Positions 63,455-64,000 of a stretch of 64,000 nt of DNA are shown here, piece by piece. A model generated the notes under the pieces. The model saw nothing but the letters and a program-made list of their open reading frames with translations. It was not told the origin of the DNA and ran no database searches. The translations under genes were made by a program, and so were the position numbers. The DNA lies in contig CM075989.1 in NCBI GenBank assembly GCA_038087875.1, positions 17,300,001-17,364,000 of the forward strand. Direction: 5' to 3'. Source of the stretch: Malacoraja senta (taxonomy: Eukaryota). The stretch's first letter is position 1, and every line of letters begins with the position of its first letter.

Positions 63455-64000
63455 CTGCAGTTTGATGACCTCGAAAAGATCATCCACACATTCATCTCCT
63501 ACCGCCTAGATTACTGCAACTCCCTTTGCACTGGCATCAGCCAATCTTCCCTGTCCCGCCTGCAACTGGTCCAAAACGCCGCAGCGAGACTCCTGACGGG
63601 CACCCGAAAAAGGGACCACATCACCCCAATCCTGGCCTCTCTCCACTGGCTCCCTGTGCAGTTCCGTATAAACTTCAAGATCCTCCTCCATGTCTACAAA
63701 GCCCTCAATGGGCTTGCCCCCACCTACATAAAAAGTCTTCTCACCCACCACTCCACCTCCAGGCTCCTCAGATCGGCCGACTTGGGCTTGCTGAATATCC
63801 CACGGTCTAGGCATAAGCTCAGGGGCGACCGCGCCTTTGCGGTTGCAGCCCCTAGACTGTGGAACAGAATCCCCTTTCCCATCAGAACTGCCCCCTCCAT
63901 CGACACTTTTAAGTCAAGACTAAAAACGTATCTATACTCCCAAGCCTTTCCTGACGTCCTCTGAGTGAGGGATACATGTATATATGTATGTAGTTTGTTT
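63455..64000 (+). mobile_element. L2-clade LINE 3' end (ORF2 C-terminus, start of 3' UTR runs off the window)
   Basis: Uninterrupted frame ..IHTFISYRLDYCNSL..LQLVQNAAARLL..HITPILASLHWLPV..FKILL..KALNGLAPTY..GDRAFAVAAPRLWN..FKSRLKTYLY, the characteristic L2 C-terminus. Confidence 0.92.

Overview
Eukaryotic genomic DNA, inferred from the repeat landscape to be a cartilaginous fish (probably a skate/ray; not provable from sequence alone). The window lies inside a minus-strand ADAMTS17-like gene. Four coding exons of the metalloprotease domain (84, 155, 44 and 106 bp) have GT-AG boundaries and splice into one open frame ending in the HELGH zinc-binding motif; the introns between them are 1.6, 8.8 and 39.2 kb. 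The introns are packed with mobile elements: about 21 tRNA-derived V-SINE copies, a 3-kb CR1 LINE ORF2 with frameshifts, many CR1 and Rex1 3' fragments, an L2 3' end, Penelope-like (PLE, GIY-YIG) fragments, two CpG-rich MITEs and a decayed Gypsy integrase. The most interesting signals are: (1) about 20 short PLE-derived elements carrying a minimal hammerhead-ribozyme motif, one with an intact core and extended stem I on the pre-mRNA strand; (2) three independent 130-156 bp local duplications whose extra copy sits inside or directly against a retroelement; (3) a young CORE-type SINE resembling teleost AFC-type SINEs (horizontal-transfer candidate); (4) a structured, non-tRNA short retroelement with a (GAT)n tail. 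No prokaryotic-type system (CRISPR, operon) is present, and almost all ORF-track ORFs are spurious. Family names and exon numbers come from recalled consensus features, not from a database search; repeat boundaries are approximate unless a target-site duplication (TSD) is given.
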